Positions 62,777 to 64,000 of a DNA stretch of 64,000 nucleotides are shown here, one piece after another; the first letter of the stretch is position 1, and each line of letters begins with the position of its first letter. Origin of the DNA: an archaeon (lineage in GTDB: Archaea > B1Sed10-29 > JAJSAI01). The stretch is from the NCBI GenBank assembly GCA_024274695.1, contig JAJSAI010000019.1, forward strand, positions 1 through 64,000, in the 5' to 3' direction. Both the position numbers and the translations under genes were made by a program. The notes beneath the pieces were generated by a model that worked only from the letters and a program-made list of their open reading frames with translations, was not told where the DNA came from and ran no database searches.

Positions 62777-64000
62777 GTGGACAAGGAGGAGATAATAAGA
62801 AGAGTGCTGGAAGCGCACGGGATACAAAGGCTGAACCCTGTCCAGGAAGAGGCCGTGACCAAGGGCCTTTTCAAGCACAGGAACATGGTCATCTCAGCCC
62901 CGACAGGATCAGGGAAAACGCTGTGCGCTGAAATGGCTGCCCTGCACACAGCCTACTCAGGAGGGAAAACGGTCATCCTTTCTCCCCTTCGCGCTCTTGC
63001 TTCAGAGCACTACGAGACATTTTCAGAAATCCACCCCAGCACAGCCCTCAGCATAGGAGACTATGACAGCCAGGACGCCTACCTGAAAAAGTACGACATC
63101 ATCAGCTGCTCGTACGAAAAGTTCGACTCTCTCCTCAGGCACAGGAGCCCGTGGATAAGGGACGTGAGGCTTCTTGTTGTCGACGAGGTCCACGAGATAG
63201 ACTCTGACAGGGGGCCGGTGCTCGAGACTGTCATGTCAAGAATAATGCACATGGTTCCCGAAGCGAGGATACTCGCGCTCAGCGCCACGATCCCTAACGC
63301 GTTCGAGATCGCGGAATGGCTTGACGCCGCGCTAGTGATATCTGAGTACAGGGCAGTGCCCCTGAAGGAGGGAGTTTACTTTGAGAGGGTGATAGACTAC
63401 GGTGACCACGCAGAGAAAGTGGAGTCAAGCAGGTCCGAGGACATCCTCTCGATCCTGGAGCACGCGGTGCGCAAGGGACAGCAGGCCCTCGTGTTCGCCA
63501 ACACCCGGAGGAACGCAGAATCCCTCGCCAAAAAGGCAGCGGCCATAACAGCCGGGCACGCTCCTCCTGAGGCCGGCGAGGCCGCAGAAAAGGTTCTGAG
63601 CGTGCTCGATCCGCCCACAGAACAGTGCGCTAAGCTCGCAGGCCTTGTGAAAAAGGGTGTGGCGTTCCACCACGCAGGGCTCGTGCAGAAGCAGAGGAAG
63701 ATAATAGAGGACGCCTTCAGGGAAGGTGTGATAAGAGTGCTCTGCTCAACTCCCACCGTGGCCGCGGGCGTGAACCTTCCAGCGCACTACGTGATAATCC
63801 CCTCCGTGCACGTTTACAGGGACGGCCCCACCCTCATGAGCGTGAGGGAATACAAGCAAAAGGTGGGAAGGGCTGGGCGCATAAAGTACGATTCTCTTGG
63901 AGAAGCGATAACAATAGCCAGGTCAGAACCCGAAAAAAAGATGATCTTCGACAAGTACATCAACGGGGTGCCCGAGAGAGTGGACTCCAGGCTCGGGAGC
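62777..64000 (+). CDS. hel308: Hel308/Ski2-like SF2 helicase (partial, runs off the window)
   Basis: Manual translation from GTG 62777: LNPVQ, APTGSGKT, PLRALA.E, DEVH, LSATI.N, FHHAGL, TPTVAAGVNLPA, GRAGR. Confidence 0.9.
   Translation, partial: MDKEEIIRRVLEAHGIQRLNPVQEEAVTKGLFKHRNMVISAPTGSGKTLCAEMAALHTAYSGGKTVILSPLRALASEHYETFSEIHPSTALSIGDYDSQDAYLKKYDIISCSYEKFDSLLRHRSPWIRDVRLLVVDEVHEIDSDRGPVLETVMSRIMHMVPEARILALSATIPNAFEIAEWLDAALVISEYRAVPLKEGVYFERVIDYGDHAEKVESSRSEDILSILEHAVRKGQQALVFANTRRNAESLAKKAAAITAGHAPPEAGEAAEKVLSVLDPPTEQCAKLAGLVKKGVAFHHAGLVQKQRKIIEDAFREGVIRVLCSTPTVAAGVNLPAHYVIIPSVHVYRDGPTLMSVREYKQKVGRAGRIKYDSLGEAITIARSEPEKKMIFDKYINGVPERVDSRLGS

Overview
This is a gene-dense archaeal chromosomal segment, roughly 50-55% GC by eye. 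The archaeal signal comes from TATA/BRE promoters, proteasome beta, aCPSF1, aNAC, DTD2, NucS, Hel308 and ether-lipid genes. The compact layout, short proteins and many orphans suggest a DPANN-type, possibly thermophilic, lineage; this is inference and was not tested. Housekeeping content: mevalonate and ether-lipid genes (mvk fragment, HMG-CoA synthase/thiolase/DUF35, ferredoxin-GGR), non-oxidative pentose phosphate genes, gdhA, thyX-glyA, tRNA-modification enzymes, helicases, two beta-CASP RNases and asnS. Most notable items: (i) a sharply AT-rich ~3.4 kb island (25.5-29.0 kb) encoding a divergent GGR-like flavoprotein, a V4R protein, a UbiA prenyltransferase and a KaiC-like ATPase, which is a candidate prenyl-lipid signal synthesis and sensing module; (ii) a 58-aa short histone-fold gene missed by the ORF track; (iii) a minimal group 4 [NiFe]-hydrogenase operon with a half-length antiporter subunit and an unexplained HypC-like neighbour; (iv) unusual fusions, namely a rhomboid with a ~110-aa coiled-coil insert, a SemiSWEET-like domain with an H1-like tail, and a coiled coil ending in a dead transglutaminase; (v) a set of highly charged orphans with basic N-termini; (vi) two single-base frameshifts. 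I recognised no rRNA, tRNA, CRISPR array, transposase or integrase. All calls come from motif recognition by eye; no searches were run.
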